Source of the DNA: Octopus vulgaris
Taxonomy: Eukaryota
Direction: 5' to 3'
NCBI GenBank assembly: GCA_951406725.2
Contig: OX597816.1
Location: 133,114,001-133,178,000 of the forward strand
DNA length: 64,000 nucleotides
The position numbers and the translations under genes are program-made. The notes beneath the pieces were generated by a model. It was not told the DNA's origin. It saw only the letters and a program-made list of their open reading frames with translations, and ran no database searches. Position 1 is the first letter of the stretch. Each line of letters begins with the position of its first letter. Of the stretch, positions 13,050-27,916 are shown piece after piece.

Positions 13050-14770
13050 ACATGCCAATGATTTCTTTTGCAGTAGAATGCTAATACAAGAGATAAGTAA
13101 TTCTTCCAGTCTATATATTTACGACATTATAATATTCGGGTGTTCGTCTATCTTCATAAAAGTTGAGACATGTTCTTGCAGTAGAGGTCAGTTGTAACAG
13201 TCTCATTTTCTTTAATCATGAGTGTATAAAAAAGAGAGTTCCTTTTCATCCATGGTGAATTGGATTGATTCCTTAATGCTGTTAATTTAAGGAAGCTTGT
13301 AAGGTCCACCTTACTTTTTTTCCAAAATATGAAGTAGTCATCCAAGAATATTTTCCAGTTCCCTATTAGATAAGTTTGGAAATGATGATCAAAAGTAATC
13401 CTGGATAAGGTATGGATTTTTTCTTCCAGGTACCCCATTACAAGTGTAGCAAACATTGGTGCAACTTTCAGCCCCATTGCCATGCCTTGTATTTGTACAT
13501 AATATTGGTTGTCAAAGAAGTAGCTGTTTTTCAGTACTAATTGTAATCTTTCAAGTATAAATTCTTTTGAGAATCTCTCCTGAAATTTTTGTGGGCATTT
13601 GTCTATCCAAAATTCTACTACTTCTAATCCTAATCCATGGGGGATATTTGTGTTGAGACTGGTAGTGTCAAAATGAACTAGGATTGTCTCATTATTATTT
13701 TGAGAATATAGTTTAAGAAGCCCAGGCATCTCTGAGGAAACTAAGAACCATTTTACACAAGGGTTTCAAAGTTATGTCAAGCAAGTTGCTTAATCTGTTG
13801 GTGCTAGATGCTGGTTCTGCAACAACTGGACATAATTTTAGGTTAGATGGTTTGAGAATCTTTACATGTGGGGTATGGAAGTCCTTTAAGCTGTTATTGA
13901 TTTCTTCAGATTTATGGATTTTTGAAAGTCTATAAAAATTACTTGTTTTTACCTCACAATTTGTGAAGTAATCCAATTCATTTTCTATTAAATCATTTTT
14001 GAATCTGGCTATTAATTTACCGGTTTAACTGGTTGTTCATTATCTGCATTGATTTCGAATTTCGTTTAGAAGTGTAGGTCATATAGTTATTTCAAGACCA
14101 TTTCCCTGCGATGGGTCTTTCCCATTATAAAAATGGCTCCTCCTTTGCCAGCTTCTTTAATGACTATAGAGGAGTCTTTCTGTAGACATTCCAATGCCTT
14201 TTTGTTCTTCATTTGTAATGTTTGATTTTATATGGTTTGTTGAAGTTTTTGAGATTGTAGATCTTTTTAGACACATTATATATTCCTCTGAGTGTTGATT
14301 CCTGTTTATCAGAAATTTAAATCTTTTTTGTTTTTTACAAGTGATGGATCTTTGTTGTGATTATTTTGGAAGAATTCTCATAGATGAAGTTTCCTACAAA
14401 ATTTCTGAGTCTCTTTTTTAAGATCTGTCATGTTGGGTTTCAGAGTTGGCATGAATTTTAATCCATATTTCAGAAGTTTAATTTCATTTTCCGCGGGATT
14501 TCACAGTGAGAGGTTGATTACTTTTGGGTCAGTTGGTTCAATATTTTCTTGACTTTATGTATCATTAGTGTTTTCTTTCAGTTTACAAATTAAAGGTGAA
14601 AATTATCAACTATGAAAGACAACAGAAGATTACTTTATAAAAATTCTTAATCTGAAACTGATATGGAAATAGTTAAGACCATTACAAAAAATCAATTTCT
14701 TCTATATGCATTATCCTGGAACATGTGTGCGTGAAAAGTTGAAAAACGAAAGTGCTTACACACAAAATAC
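13050..14770 (-). mobile_element. Penelope-like element RT relic with an inverted 3' terminal piece (~14575-14770, +)
   Basis: FYRLSKIHK, PVVAEP, SLNTNIP, QIQGMAMG..AP.FA, IFLDD. The plus-strand piece EDYFIKILNLKL resembles a PLE C-terminus. Confidence 0.85.
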
Positions 14771-15520
14771 ACATTAGACATATAATATGCACAATACACA
14801 AACTTATTCCACAAAAGTTAGTGAAATTGTGTTAAATAAAAGATATTTTTAAATAGTTAATAACTTATAAAAAATTTTTTCACATTATTGTAACTGTATC
14901 AAGTAATCTTTACAAAAACTTAAAAATATATATGTATATGTGTATGTTTATATATATATATATATTTGTAGAAAGATAGATAGAGAGAGAGAAATTAGGC
15001 AAATAAAAAACTAAGAAAATTTCTACTAAGAAAATTTCTATATTGTATAACATGACCTGTACAAAATTATATATTATCCTAAAATATTTATTGAAACTGA
15101 GAATGAATTTTTTTCTTTTTCAAACATTTCACCTTAGAGCTTTCATTCAGGTGGCAAAGAAGATAAATTAATGCACTGAATCTAACATATATGTCTTCAT
15201 ATGGTATTGAATTCCAAATACTAGTCAATGATGTCTCCAAGCATTACCTTAATACGTAACCCAAAGTATCAGAGTTTTGCTTAAATCATCGTTCCTTGAA
15301 CATTGCTTAGATAGTAGGCATCTAATTACTGTGTCCATGATACAAAGCCTCGCTCATACTATTGAATTCCGTTCTAACTCTATAACATTCTATGTGATCC
15401 ACCATTAGAATGAAGGACCCTCAACATGATTCTTCAAACTGCAAGAATCAGCAGTCAATATCCTAAAAATTTCACCCTGTATACTGGATTGAGGATTAAT
15501 CGAATTAAAAGCACACAGAT

Positions 15521-15722
15521 AACTCTGTCAAATGTAATGCTTATTTATCCATGTTGTTTTGAATTAATTATAGATTATTTCATAGCCTTGATATTTTGAT
15601 AATATGATTGCTTATTTTTAGAATGAAATTGTAGGGTAGGTAAGAGAAGCTACATCTGGCTAATTTGAACATAAATGGCTAGGACATTTGGGCTGGATAT
15701 TGTTGGTTAAAAAACTAAAGAG
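15521..15722. mobile_element. piggyBac-like MITE family 1, degraded copy
   Basis: Similar to 23974-24194 and 46590-46815; ends ctaaagag|ttaa. Confidence 0.6.
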
Positions 15723-16719
15723 TTAAAATAAGATTGAAGACATAAGCATTCCATTCCATTGATTTTCTACTTTATTGTTTTAGTCATCTTTGTTACAGAA
15801 TCACTAGTATTAATATTTTCCCACTTCAGTTCATTCCCATACAGCTTCCTAGACCATTCCCCACATTCGTCTTTACCTCTATCTCTAACCATGTGTTACT
15901 CTCCTCTCATACTCTTGTGAACTTACCTATTCACCCACCTTTCTCAATCCTCTGTTACTATTCTCTTTTCTGTTCACCTTCTTGTACCATGAGGATATGC
16001 TCTGACACCTCATTATCCCCATTTTTACCTCACTTTCCAGCTTCTCTCATCTTACATTATATATATATATATATATATATATATAATCAGAAATATTAAA
16101 TTTCTAAATATCTCATAATATATATATATATATAATATTCAATAGCCATTTATTTCCACACCAGCCCTCTCTCACACTTTAGCCTCTCAACAACTGACAT
16201 AAAACTTAATCTTAATAATACCCTCACCTAGTCAAGGGGGCTTTTCAGTCTTGTGTATTACTTGGTGACATCACTAGTGTTGGCATCACATTTAAAAAGC
16301 ACTCTGACTTTGTAAAGTGGTTGGCATAAGGAAGGGCATCCAGCCATAGAAGCCATTCCAACGCAGACATTGGAACTTGATACAATCCTCTGGTTCATTG
16401 GATCCTGTTGAACTAATGCATGTCAGAATGGAAATCAGTCATTAAAGGATGATGACTTCTCAGTGCTTTAATAACACTATCATATTATTAAATTTGTATA
16501 CACATGCATGTGTGCATGTGTGTTTGTTTTTTTGTTTCTATATGTCACTGTTTGAGTAATGGTGGCGATTTTTGTAAACAACATGTCTCATACTCCAGTG
16601 ATTTCCTTCACTTTGGTAAGTGAAGATCTGTGGAATAAAAATATATCTTGAGTCACAAGTAAGCATCAGTATCAGGAAGAACAACTGATAACAAGACCAT
16701 ATCTCAATAAGTTATCTGA

Positions 16720-16786
<67 letters not shown>

Positions 16787-17844
16787 TGTACACTTCTCTT
16801 GAATAAGATATAGAGACAACGTGCATGTTTTCTCATAAAACAATAGATGTGAAAATAAGGTTTGAAATCATTATGTTTCTTTAAGGATTCTACATTGTAA
16901 TTTGTTAAGATATTCTCATAAATTAAAAAGACAGAAACATTTAACCCACTCCTGATGGTTTCAGTAAATATTTGAGGATTTGTATTTCTTGGCAACAAAC
17001 TAAATTCCTGTTAAAAATTCTGGATTATTTGCCAAGCTAAATCAACGTAAAAGAAGAGGGAAAAAAAAAACAGCCCTCAAACAAAAATTTCCTATATTGA
17101 CTGAAAGCCAAGAATACTGAATTTTCTCCAATATGTGTATTGATCCTAAGTGGGTTGTAAACATACAATTACATCAGCACACATGTGATGAGAAGGTGTT
17201 TCCGACACTCTCTGACACCAAACAGTAAATTTCATACATCGATAAACTGATATTTAACAACACAGAAATGTCTGACAGTGTAGTATCCTCTCCCCATCTC
17301 TATGTCGGCCAATAGCATTATAGATTGATGATAGATTGATGGGATAATGTTATATCCAGTTTTTCAATAACATTGAAACTGTCTCCCAAAGTTATTTTTC
17401 TCACCAACACTCTTACACAATATACATCTTTCTTTGATTCTCTCTCTCTCTCTCTCTCTTCCACCCACTTTTACTCTTTGGCATCTTCATCATATCACTC
17501 ATACCCCACCTCTTTTCTCTTGTCATAGTCTTGAATATTTGCTCCAATACAGCCACCCACACCATAACTCACAAACTTTCTCAGACATTCTCTTACTCAC
17601 ACCATCAGCCACCTACACAGACTTTCTCACACCCACTCACACCTCCCCTACACTCTCTCATTCTCCTGACCACCCTTTCACCAATATAGCCATTTATGCA
17701 GTATTTCTCACAGTCTCCTACACAATCTCACCTTGTGACATGTGTACACCATCTCAGCTGCAACATTCAGTCTCCCAAAGTCTTCCAAAAACCTCTCTCC
17801 TATAGCCACCCATATTGTCATCCCCAATATCACATCAACAATAG

Positions 17845-17877
<33 letters not shown>

Positions 17878-18491
17878 CGACGATGACGACGATGATGATT
17901 ACAACAGTGAGAATGGCAACAACAACAACAACAATGACGATGACAACGATGATGATGATGACGACGATGATGATGATAGTGGTGATGTTTGACCTCAGAT
18001 CAGACCTAACTAAGTAGACCTACAATCAAAGATGTTCTATCCATAGCATATCTATTTCAGACTGAATACATCTAGAAATGCATTATCCAATGAACCTTGT
18101 TTTTAAAATGGTAGGTTGTGACTCGCAGGAGATTCAAAGTGCCGTTCCTCGCATGTTAAATAACCTTATAGAGAGAATTTTTCATTGATTTATACAGTGG
18201 ATGAATACTGTTGCTGTGTAACTGTGCCCCCTACATAGGTGATCTTTTGTTTTTAGCATGTTGTAGGAGCACTTGAGAAGTGTGGGATACCTTAGTCCTT
18301 GTCTGTCTATTTGAGAGAAAGAAAACTTTTAGTTCAAACCTTTTTTGGTAGGGATGGAAAGAAGATGGATATTCTTATGTAAAATCTTACTTTAGTGTGG
18401 TTCAGTTGTCTCACCTTCTTGTGCTTTTGTAAATTCCTTCTTGTAATCAAAAAAGAGCATGAGTGTGCAGTGCAAGCTCAATTCCCTATGA

Positions 18492-18711
18492 CCCATTGAC
18501 ATTCAGGTTACTGTCAAATGTAGTACTTATTTATTCACATTGTTTTAAATTAATCATGTATTATCTCATCGCTTCAAGATTTTGATGATGTGATTGTATA
18601 TTTTTAGAATGACATTGTAGGGTAGGTGAGAGAGGTTAGATCTAGCCAGTTTGAATATATAAAACAGGTAGAATATTTGATCTGGATATGGCCAGTTGAA
18701 ATGCTAAAGAG
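18492..18711. mobile_element. piggyBac-like MITE family 1, degraded copy
   Basis: Colinear with 46590-46815; ends gctaaagag|ttaa. Confidence 0.65.
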
Positions 18712-19489
18712 TTAAACAAACTCATGCACAAGTAATGTTTGATAATGTATTATCTTCAATAACCCAGACTGGAAGGTGGTTACACTTAAAACTGAGGAGA
18801 ATGGCCACCATGCACATATGAGTATAGGTATATGGAGAGTTCTGAGAAAATAACTGATTGAAATAAAATTCATCAGAAACAGTTGACTGAGAAAACAATT
18901 GATTGAAGACACAGTTGCTTGAATCACTAATTAATCAAATTATTGCAAAAATTAAAATAACTATAGTGATTGTTAAAATAAAGGTTACATTGCAATGTTT
19001 TACCAAAATAATTCTGTTTTTATTAAAATGTAGAAGCAGGTATGTGTGGGTGTCTGTTACATGTAAGTTTACTGTTTAGAAACTGGTGCTTTTATACTTT
19101 GAACTGATACACACACACATTTATACACACAGGCATGCATACACATACACATATGCACATGCACATGTACATGTGCACACACATAGATGCACATGCACAT
19201 ACACACATGTACATGTTCAACTGACCATAATGTGAGATCATGTATTGTATAATGTTTTAATAAAAAAAATTATTTTGTTACACATGATAGTATAACCATA
19301 TCCTCCAGTCTGTTTTCTATATTTCAAATATTGACTTATAATTCAAACAGTTGTTGGTTCAAGCAATTATTACTTTAATCAATTTTTTTGTTAATCAACT
19401 CTTTCTAATCAATTGTATGTTAGATTAAATGTTTTCAATAAATTGGTACCAAACTGTATGTATGTTGGTGTTCTCTTCCTCTTTTTAAT

Positions 19490-20715
19490 TTAGGTAGCAA
19501 GGGTGTGAAGGAAATCATCTGGTTTTGGTCATTATCCTATAGATCTTAAGAAAGTCTTGTAGATATTTATAGTCCCAGATATTGTGATCATTTGTAGCAT
19601 ATGAATTAAGGATTGCATTCTCTCCTCAAGATCCTAAGTTCAGTCATGCTTTGCTCCAGACTGGTTGGTATGTATCTGGTTGCTCCCATAATAATAGGTA
19701 TAAAGATGAAAGTGGATCTTGGGTACTTGGGATATCTTCTTTCTCTTGTATTTTTCTAAGCACATTGGTGACCACTGGATAGCTGATTTCCACAACAGAA
19801 CATATCATTTCCTTGTGGTCCCACACTACAATATCTAACCAGTTGTCTTTTAACGTGGAGGCTGCTTTAATTTTTAAGCTCCATTGATATTATTTTGACT
19901 CATTGGTCTCAATATTGTCAACTTCAACTGTAGGCATTTTCTTTTTTATTATCTAGTTCCAGACTGTTTTGGCCAAATCATCATGCAACATTCTCTTACA
20001 ATTGCCAATAATATGGTTGATGTTTTCAGTATCGGTCTGGCACAATTTACGTTTGCTTTCTGTCAATGTTTCCTGCTTTTATGCTGTGGGTACTCGTTGG
20101 GATCTCTTATTCTTGAAATGCATGGCTGTAACCTTTGAAGTTGGACATCATAAACTTGTCAGTATTCCATTCCAAGCTTTTAATACGATCATTCCCGTTT
20201 ATGGTTTGTGTTTTTCATGCCAAGTATTAAAGTATTATCTTCTCAGTGAACTGGTTCATTTTTTTTATTTTGTTCTTCTGATAAACAGATTTTACCAATG
20301 CTCTTTGGGGAAATATCTGTATCAGCTCTTATTTCATATCTCTCCCCAAATTCATTAGCTATCCTAATTATGTTATTGATTTCATGATTACAACTTGGGT
20401 AAGATGGTTACCAGTCTCTTCCCTCTGCTGCAGATCTTTCAGTGTCACAATATGTGCTTCATATGATATCAATACAGACTTGAGACTACAGCTACCACCC
20501 TTGTGTGAGAAGTATAGCCTTCTACATCTCCATTGATGTTGACATTTCCTGTAACACCGAGCAGCTTGCAAGTCTAACCATCTGTTTCATTGAGTTCTTG
20601 TAATGACCAATTCAGAAGACTAAATGTAAGCCTGAGGACAGGCACTGCAAGGGTGCTGTGGGCAATAGTTTTGTTGTAATCTGAGGGTTCTGATGACCAT
20701 ATTCTCTTTACTCTC
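19490..20715 (-). mobile_element. R4/Dong-type (RLE) non-LTR retrotransposon 3' relic
   Basis: RVKRIWSSE..NKTIAH, RLY..KGG, and DIVVWDHKEMICSVVEISYP (PD-D/E restriction-like endonuclease region). Confidence 0.7.
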
Positions 20716-20719
20716 CTGA

Positions 20720-21062
20720 GTAAACAGGAAATTCCAGGCCCAGACCTTATGATAGGTTATTGGTTGAAGAATTTCTCCTTTTATTGGTGAGATTTCATAC
20801 CATTGTATGGAAAAAGTATCAAGGACATACAAAAGCTACCCCATTGGTTATCAAGTGCAAATCCTCTCCTCACCTACAAAAATAGCCAAACCACCTTTGC
20901 TAAAAATTATCACCCCGAAGCCTGCCAGGACATCTTGTACAAATTATACACTGGGTGCCTCACTCTGTTCTTGCAGGATCATTGTGCCACCAACATTATA
21001 ACACTTGGGCAATGTAGAGGAAAGAAGGAGGCGTGATGCTGTATAGAGCAGCTACTAATTAA
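20720..21062 (+). mobile_element. R4/Dong-type RT N-terminal fragment, inverted relative to its neighbour
   Basis: PGPDLMIGYWLKNF..LPHWL..KNYHPEAC..LYKLYTGCL..EQLLI. Confidence 0.7.
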
Positions 21063-22294
21063 TAATAGAATCCAAAAAAACAAACAGTAAAAAATAATAG
21101 GATCTTAACCATAATGTGGATGAATATATCATTCAGATCATAAACAGATGGCCTAAATGTCATCATGTTATTATCTACTGATGAGATATGATGTTGTAAC
21201 CAAGACACTGAACAATGTGATCTATCAGAAGGATAATTCTGATGCCAAAGAGATAAGATATCTTCAGCATTAATTCCACAAAGCTTGCATGAGCTATCAC
21301 TATGTATGTATGTGTGTGTGTATGTGTGTGTGTGTGTGTGTGTGACTATATGTTTGCATGTTTATCATTACATTTTCTATTTATCGATATTCTTCCAAGA
21401 AGGCAGGAATTGGTTTCTAACAAAGAAACAAAACCCATAACTGGAACTTGGACGACAAGAACAATTGTTATGTATCAAACTTTAAGAAAGTCTTGCATAT
21501 TTTCTCTGTTCCAACCATAGATTGCATCCTCACCATACAAGCAACATTGTTTGTTTCCAGTCTTCCATGGAAAATGTTAGTTTGCTTGGAAACAAGTGAG
21601 GGTTAGAGACAGGAAGAAAATCTGCCTCAACAAATTCTCTCTGACCCATGCAAGTATGGAAAAGTGGATGTAAAACAATGATGACAATGATGATGATGTT
21701 GTTGTTGTTGTTGTTGTTGATGATGATGATGATGATGATGACAACGATGACGACGATGATGGTGATGATTTTCTGATTCTGTATGAATTCAGTGAGTTGG
21801 CAGTTCAATTGGTCAAAAAATTGGATTGCTCAATTGCTGATGGAGATCCATTAAAAAATATTGTAAGTAGCTTGCCAGAAACCTGGGCTGGAGTACAAAA
21901 CAGTGCAATAAATATCGTTAATATTCAGTTCGAACATTAAGTTGGTTGCTAGTGAGGAAATATGAATGGTCTATGTTTTCATATATTTGTACATTTGTAT
22001 CTTTTAAATGTATCTGTGCATAATACCTAAGTGTATGTGCATATGTATATGTGTGTGTATACGTCTGCATGTGTGTATGTATACAGTGTTTGTATGTATC
22101 TTTTTATGTATGTGTGAACGTGTGTATCTCTGTGTGTATGTAGCTCTATGCATGTGCTTGTGTGTGTATATATGTATAGTCTACTGGCTACAGAGATAAA
22201 TGTATGTATGAGTGCTTCTACCTGAAGCAAATCTTCTAAGATACCATCAATACATTGTAATTAGACAAGACTTTTAGAGGAGGTTAGTATTTTT

Positions 22295-22308
22295 GTTGCC
22301 ATGGCAAC
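22295..22308. promoter_or_regulatory. Perfect RFX X-box
   Basis: GTTGCCATGGCAAC, an exact palindromic match to the consensus, in non-TE sequence. Confidence 0.45.
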
Positions 22309-22395
22309 CAGTTGCTGTTAATAATGATGATGATGATGGTGATGGTGATGACGATGACAGCAGCAATAGTAATAGTAATAATAATAATAATAATA

Positions 22396-22490
<95 letters not shown>

Positions 22491-23933
22491 CAAAATACCA
22501 TATTTGGTAAATCTTAAAACTTTACTGTCTACAACTCATTTTCTTTTCTCTTTGACTCTCCCTGAGTATTCGAAAATGTAAACATCCTTTTCATTGCAAA
22601 AGTCCTACTATATTCTCCAACTGGACAAGCAAACATCTCAAGAAAACTTAAAAACTTTAATATATTACCCAAATATGTAAACACACCTTTTATTGTAACA
22701 ACACAATTGAATTCAGAAATTCAAAAATTCAACGATGTGAATATCAGTATATATATATGTATGCATGTGTGTGTGTGTGTGTATTATTGTTATTTCTACC
22801 AGTAATTACAAATAGAACAGGCTGAATTGCTTCTTTTCAAGGCAGCACTCTCAGTGGTCACTGGTAGTAGTAAACACATTTGATCTCTGCTGACCCAAAG
22901 CATGAAAAGATTCTTTTGTCTCTATGGCTGACCTCCCCACCATCTGCCTAATCTATTTATAGACCTGTAGAATATGATCTATTCACCAAGCTGCTACCCA
23001 ACTATTTCCTCTAACAACCACATACTTATGATTATCTCAAGTATAAGACAAAAGTTGAAAATAAAAAGCATTTAGTAAAATCTTTTAATAATAAATGGAA
23101 ATAGTCATAGAAAACAATTCAAAATAGACTATAGAAGCTGGTGCAGCCCCTGGCCTTATTGTTTCCTGTCAAGCTGCCCAACCCATACCAGTATGAATAA
23201 AAACGAACATTAAATGTTGATGTTGATGATGATGATGATGATGATGACGACGACAACTACAACAACAACAACTAATACTCACAGCAACAACTACTTATTC
23301 TTCGATAAAAGCATTTTTCATATGCAAATTTATTACAAATGCTCTGACATGGTGGCCATCATCCCTGCCACTACCACCATCAGTTCTACCATTCCACTTG
23401 TGCACTCACACACATCATCTGACTTAAAACATGAGATACTAAGTGCAGACAAACATTCAACAGTAATATATATATTGTGTGTATAAATATATCAATATAA
23501 GTTTATGTATGAATTAAATATAAACACTGATATGCACATGAATACACACATACATACTTATACATACTCAGCCAGATGTGTAAATTCATAATCATATACA
23601 TATATACATATACATATCAAGAAAAAAGAAGCAGAAAAGCACACACGTATATAAGCATATCTAGATAAATGTATTTACACATTATTATACACTTATATTA
23701 ATATATTTACATATACACTTATACATGCATACATATAGTCAAACAACCAAATGCAAAAACAGACTTGCAATCATACATTAACATATATAGACACTCGTGC
23801 ACATATGTACACACATACATGTATATATATATATATTCATCAAGTTACAGAGATACATATACACAAGTGTTCATATGAATTTGAATCAATATACATGCTG
23901 ATAAGATGGGGGTTTTGGATATATTTGCCTGTA

Positions 23934-25039
23934 CAAGATTGTATCAAAAGGTTCCCAGACTAGTCATGTTTAACCCTTTAGCATTTAAACCGGCCATATC
24001 CGGCCAAAAGTATTCTGCCTGTTTTATGTTCAAACTGGCCAGATCTGGTCTCTCACACCAACCCTACAATATCGTTTTAAAAATTAACAGCTACCTCATC
24101 AAAATCTCATAGCACCAAGATAATGCCTGATTAGTTCAAGACAATTTGGATAAAAAAGGATTAGTTTTGGCAGAATAATGCGAACACTAAAGGGTTAATA
24201 AAAAAAAATAACTTATTTATCTAAATTTTAACATTATCTCCTTTAAATTTGTTGCCTTGAGTAGCAATACACCAGTCCCAGAGTTCCTGCCACTTTTGGA
24301 ATCCAGCCTGGAGACCATTTTCCGTAAGCGAGTCAAGGATCTTCTACAAATCATTCAGGATCTTGACAACGGTGTTAAAATGACACCCTTTGAGCTGCTT
24401 TTTCATCTTGTAGAAGAGACAGAAGTCTGCAGGCGTAAAATCTGGCAAATAAGGCAGATGTGGAAGTGATACGATGTTGTTTATGGTGAGAAACTCATGA
24501 GTGAGGAGAACTCAGTGAAGAATCCAATTCTTCATGCTCCACAGATCTAGTCACTTTCACTGCATGTCCACCTTCAGATGCTTCAAAACATTGCAGTAGA
24601 ACTCTTGACTGACAGTCTGGCTCTGGGGGATGGATTCTCAATGCTCTATACTACATTTTCGGGCATGATGCTTGTGGTAGGTCTTTTTGATCACTCTTTG
24701 TCTTTCAGGGATGTTCTTCTGCTTTTGAAGTGCCCATGCCACTCAAAACATTGCAAACGACTCATTGCACCTTGTCGCTGTAAGCTTGCCAAAGTGCACT
24801 CAATGTCTCTGTAGCAGACTTCCCAACTTCAGCACAAAATTTCGCATTGGCTCTTTGTTCCATTGCCCTGTCCGTGACAAAATTGCACAGATTTTACAAC
24901 TTGCAAAGTAAACACAGTGGTGTTACTCAGAACACAACCTCATGAAGGTTACTGCTAACTCTCACTACTCATGCAACCATGTGCTGTCATTTGTTGATGC
25001 ACTACAAAACCAGTCTGGGAACTTTTTGATAGCACCTCA
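23934..25039 (-). mobile_element. Internally deleted mariner of the same family as 3800-5111
   Basis: Shares TIRs and colinear internal blocks with 3800-5111. Confidence 0.8.
23974..24194. mobile_element. piggyBac-like MITE family 1, nested in a mariner end
   Basis: TTAA|CCCTTTAG...CTAAAGGG|TTAA. Confidence 0.85.
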
Positions 25040-25284
25040 TATATGTAGCTATGCACTCCAATACTCCAACCATACATACACACAGACACACATACACATA
25101 CACACGTACAGACACAATACACATATTTAGTGGTGTGAACATACTGTCTTAAAAGTTGTATATTTGGCACATATATATTTGGTAGAGGCGTTGTATTCTG
25201 TATCTTGTGAGTACTTAGTGTGTATGACACTACTATCAGTAAATGTTAAAGACATTAGTTTTGTTTTGTTGGTTCGTATGTAAG

Positions 25285-25925
25285 CTAAACTTCCTTGTAC
25301 ACAACATATTTAATTCTTCTCTTGTCTGTTATATGAAAATACACAAACATAAACAAGCTTTTGACATTGTGAAGATCACATATGGCCAGTTGACCATGAC
25401 TGAATACTGGCTTCAGTAAATATAATGCTATCATGCTGAAAATCAAAACATATTGAATGTTATATTTTGAAAACTTCCCCATGCACTAAAAGAGAACAAA
25501 GACCACATAGTTACATTACTGTTACTTGCAGAGACACACGATGAAATTGAGGACCTACCAAAGCAAAGGAGGACAGAATTCCTGACATGACCTGGTGACA
25601 TGCATTTTAGCTATGACCACTTAAAGAAGAAATGTCAAGTAATTGTGATTAATTTATTGTCATTGTGATTACTAATTTAATGTGAAACTTCTCTGGTTTG
25701 TGTAAATGGATACTTATCTCCCTTTAAAGATAGTAACAAACACAATTTTCTGCTGATAAGAGTAATAAGTTACAACTTCTGCATTAATGACATTTATACC
25801 CTAATTCTTTGAATTATACAAACCACTTGCGTGCTTGACTGTACATAGTGGAATGACTACAGCATCAGTCTTCAAATTATTTTAATCAGTACAAGAGTAA
25901 GCTTAATATATTTGGGTATTCAAAT
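25285..25925 (-). pseudogene. Helitron/PIF1-type helicase C-terminal relic
   Basis: ALYLLKPVFSHGQL and ..KYVVYKEV* match the RepHel motifs PVFSHGQLYVA and NVVYKEV. Upstream NVINAEVVT remnant. Confidence 0.7.
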
Positions 25926-27759
25926 ATTCTCTATGTAAATTCAGAAAATTCATCCTGAATTATACACTTACCAAGACCAAACAATATTACTTGAACTATT
26001 GAGAAATCAATGTGTACATCTTTTGGCACTATAACAACCAACTCTGGCACAGCTGATATTCACCATTGATTACACCTCTCCCCACCGTTCATCATTCACC
26101 ACACTTACCTCTATCCCCATCTATTACAAGCTGTCACTTTCCTTTCACATACTCATGTACTTACCCACTCAATATTCTTAATCCTTTGTCCCTATTCTCT
26201 CTTATATTCATTTTCTTGTACCTTGAGGGTATGCTCTGACATCTCATCACCACCATTTTTTCTCTCTTTCCAGCAGAGGTATCGATGTACTTCATCTACG
26301 TCAAAACACCACTTTCTGTTTATTATACTTTAACACAAAGATGCTGCCCTCAATGTTACACCTCCACTCAGTTGAGAGGTCTTGTCTTGTGAGTCACTTG
26401 GTGACCTCACTAGTGTTGGCGCCATAAAAAAAAAACTACTCTGTACACTCTGTAAAGTGATAGACATTAAGGAGGACATCCAATTTTAGAAGCCTTGCCA
26501 AAGCTGATATTGGAGTTTTATATAGCCCTCTGCTTTTACAGGTCTTGTTGAACCACCCAACCCATACCAGCATGGAAGACACATTAAATGATGATGATGA
26601 TGATGACAACAACAAAAATAATGTTTTCAGCTTCCATATTAACAAAAACTGAGAAGTGAGACTGACTACATATAATCACCACATGCAACTCTATCTAACT
26701 ATGCAATATACAACTTGGTCTTCTATTATTATACACTGTATCACGATACACTTACATAAACTTATTGACCAAATTCCATCATAGATTATTCATTGAATAA
26801 AAGATGCAGAAGCTGTCTGTAAACTTCCAAGGTTCTCATAAATGGCAATTTTATAAAAATCATTTATTAGAAGCACTGAGTAGTGTAATTCTTTATCTAA
26901 TTGCACTTAAAAATGACGATAGTACCTATTGAAGATTTTAAACATCTGAATAAATTGTCTCAAATGCCAAAATAACTTTATAGAAACAGGTTATATTTAA
27001 TGTACAACACGGTGATACTGAAATAAATATACATTTGGACTCATAGACAAGTACAACCATTGCTGAAATACCAGTTTATTCTAAGTGCTAAAGATAATGA
27101 CTATCAGCAAAACCTGAGCTGGAATTTAAAGTCAAACTTTTCTTGCACAACACTGCTTAAGACTCTCACCAAAAAAGCCAAGTTATCCAGAAACATGCAA
27201 GAGTAAAATCTCCAGCTTCATGATGAAGTAGATGTTATTTCACAATTTCCCTATCCTAAAAAGAGATGATCAAACAAAGACTTGCATGGTCTCTCTCACA
27301 GCAGTAAAATGGCTTCTGAGATCATCCATCCTTTGATATGTATTGTTTCTTGTCCTACAGGGGGTCCAACGAAAACCATATATATATCTGTGTGTATATA
27401 CATACATACATTCAATATAATCATCATCATCATCATTATCATTATCATCATCATTTAACGTCCGTTTTCCATGCTGGCATGGGTTGGAAAGCTTGACAGG
27501 GAGCTGTCCTGCTGGGAAGCTATCCAGACTCCAGTTGTCTGTTTTGACATGGTTTCTACAGCTGGATGCTCTTCCTGATGCCAACCACTTTACTGAGTGT
27601 ATTGGGTGCTTTTAACATGCCACCGACATGGGTGAATTTATGCAGCACCAGCATGAGTGCATTTATTTGGGGCACCAGTGCCAGTAAAGGACAGCAATTT
27701 TACTTAGTTTGGTGTGTCTTCTCATCAAGTACAGTAAATCACCACAACTCCCATGTATG

Positions 27760-27805
<46 letters not shown>

Positions 27806-27916
27806 ATATACACATATATAAATGTTTGTTTTTATGTTCAGCTATAATAAAAACAATTTTACATTAATCTGATGGTTTGCTGTATACTTTTGTAGAGTGC
27901 AAATTTATTATTCTTT

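Noticed and set aside
22529-22722. ~63-codon open minus frame (..GVFTYLGNILKFLSFLEMFACPVGEY..)
   Set aside because: No recognisable homology or clear splice signals; compatible with chance.
25285-25482. 65-aa ORF resembling a secreted peptide
   Set aside because: Better explained as a Helitron helicase remnant (PVFSHGQL, VVYKEV).
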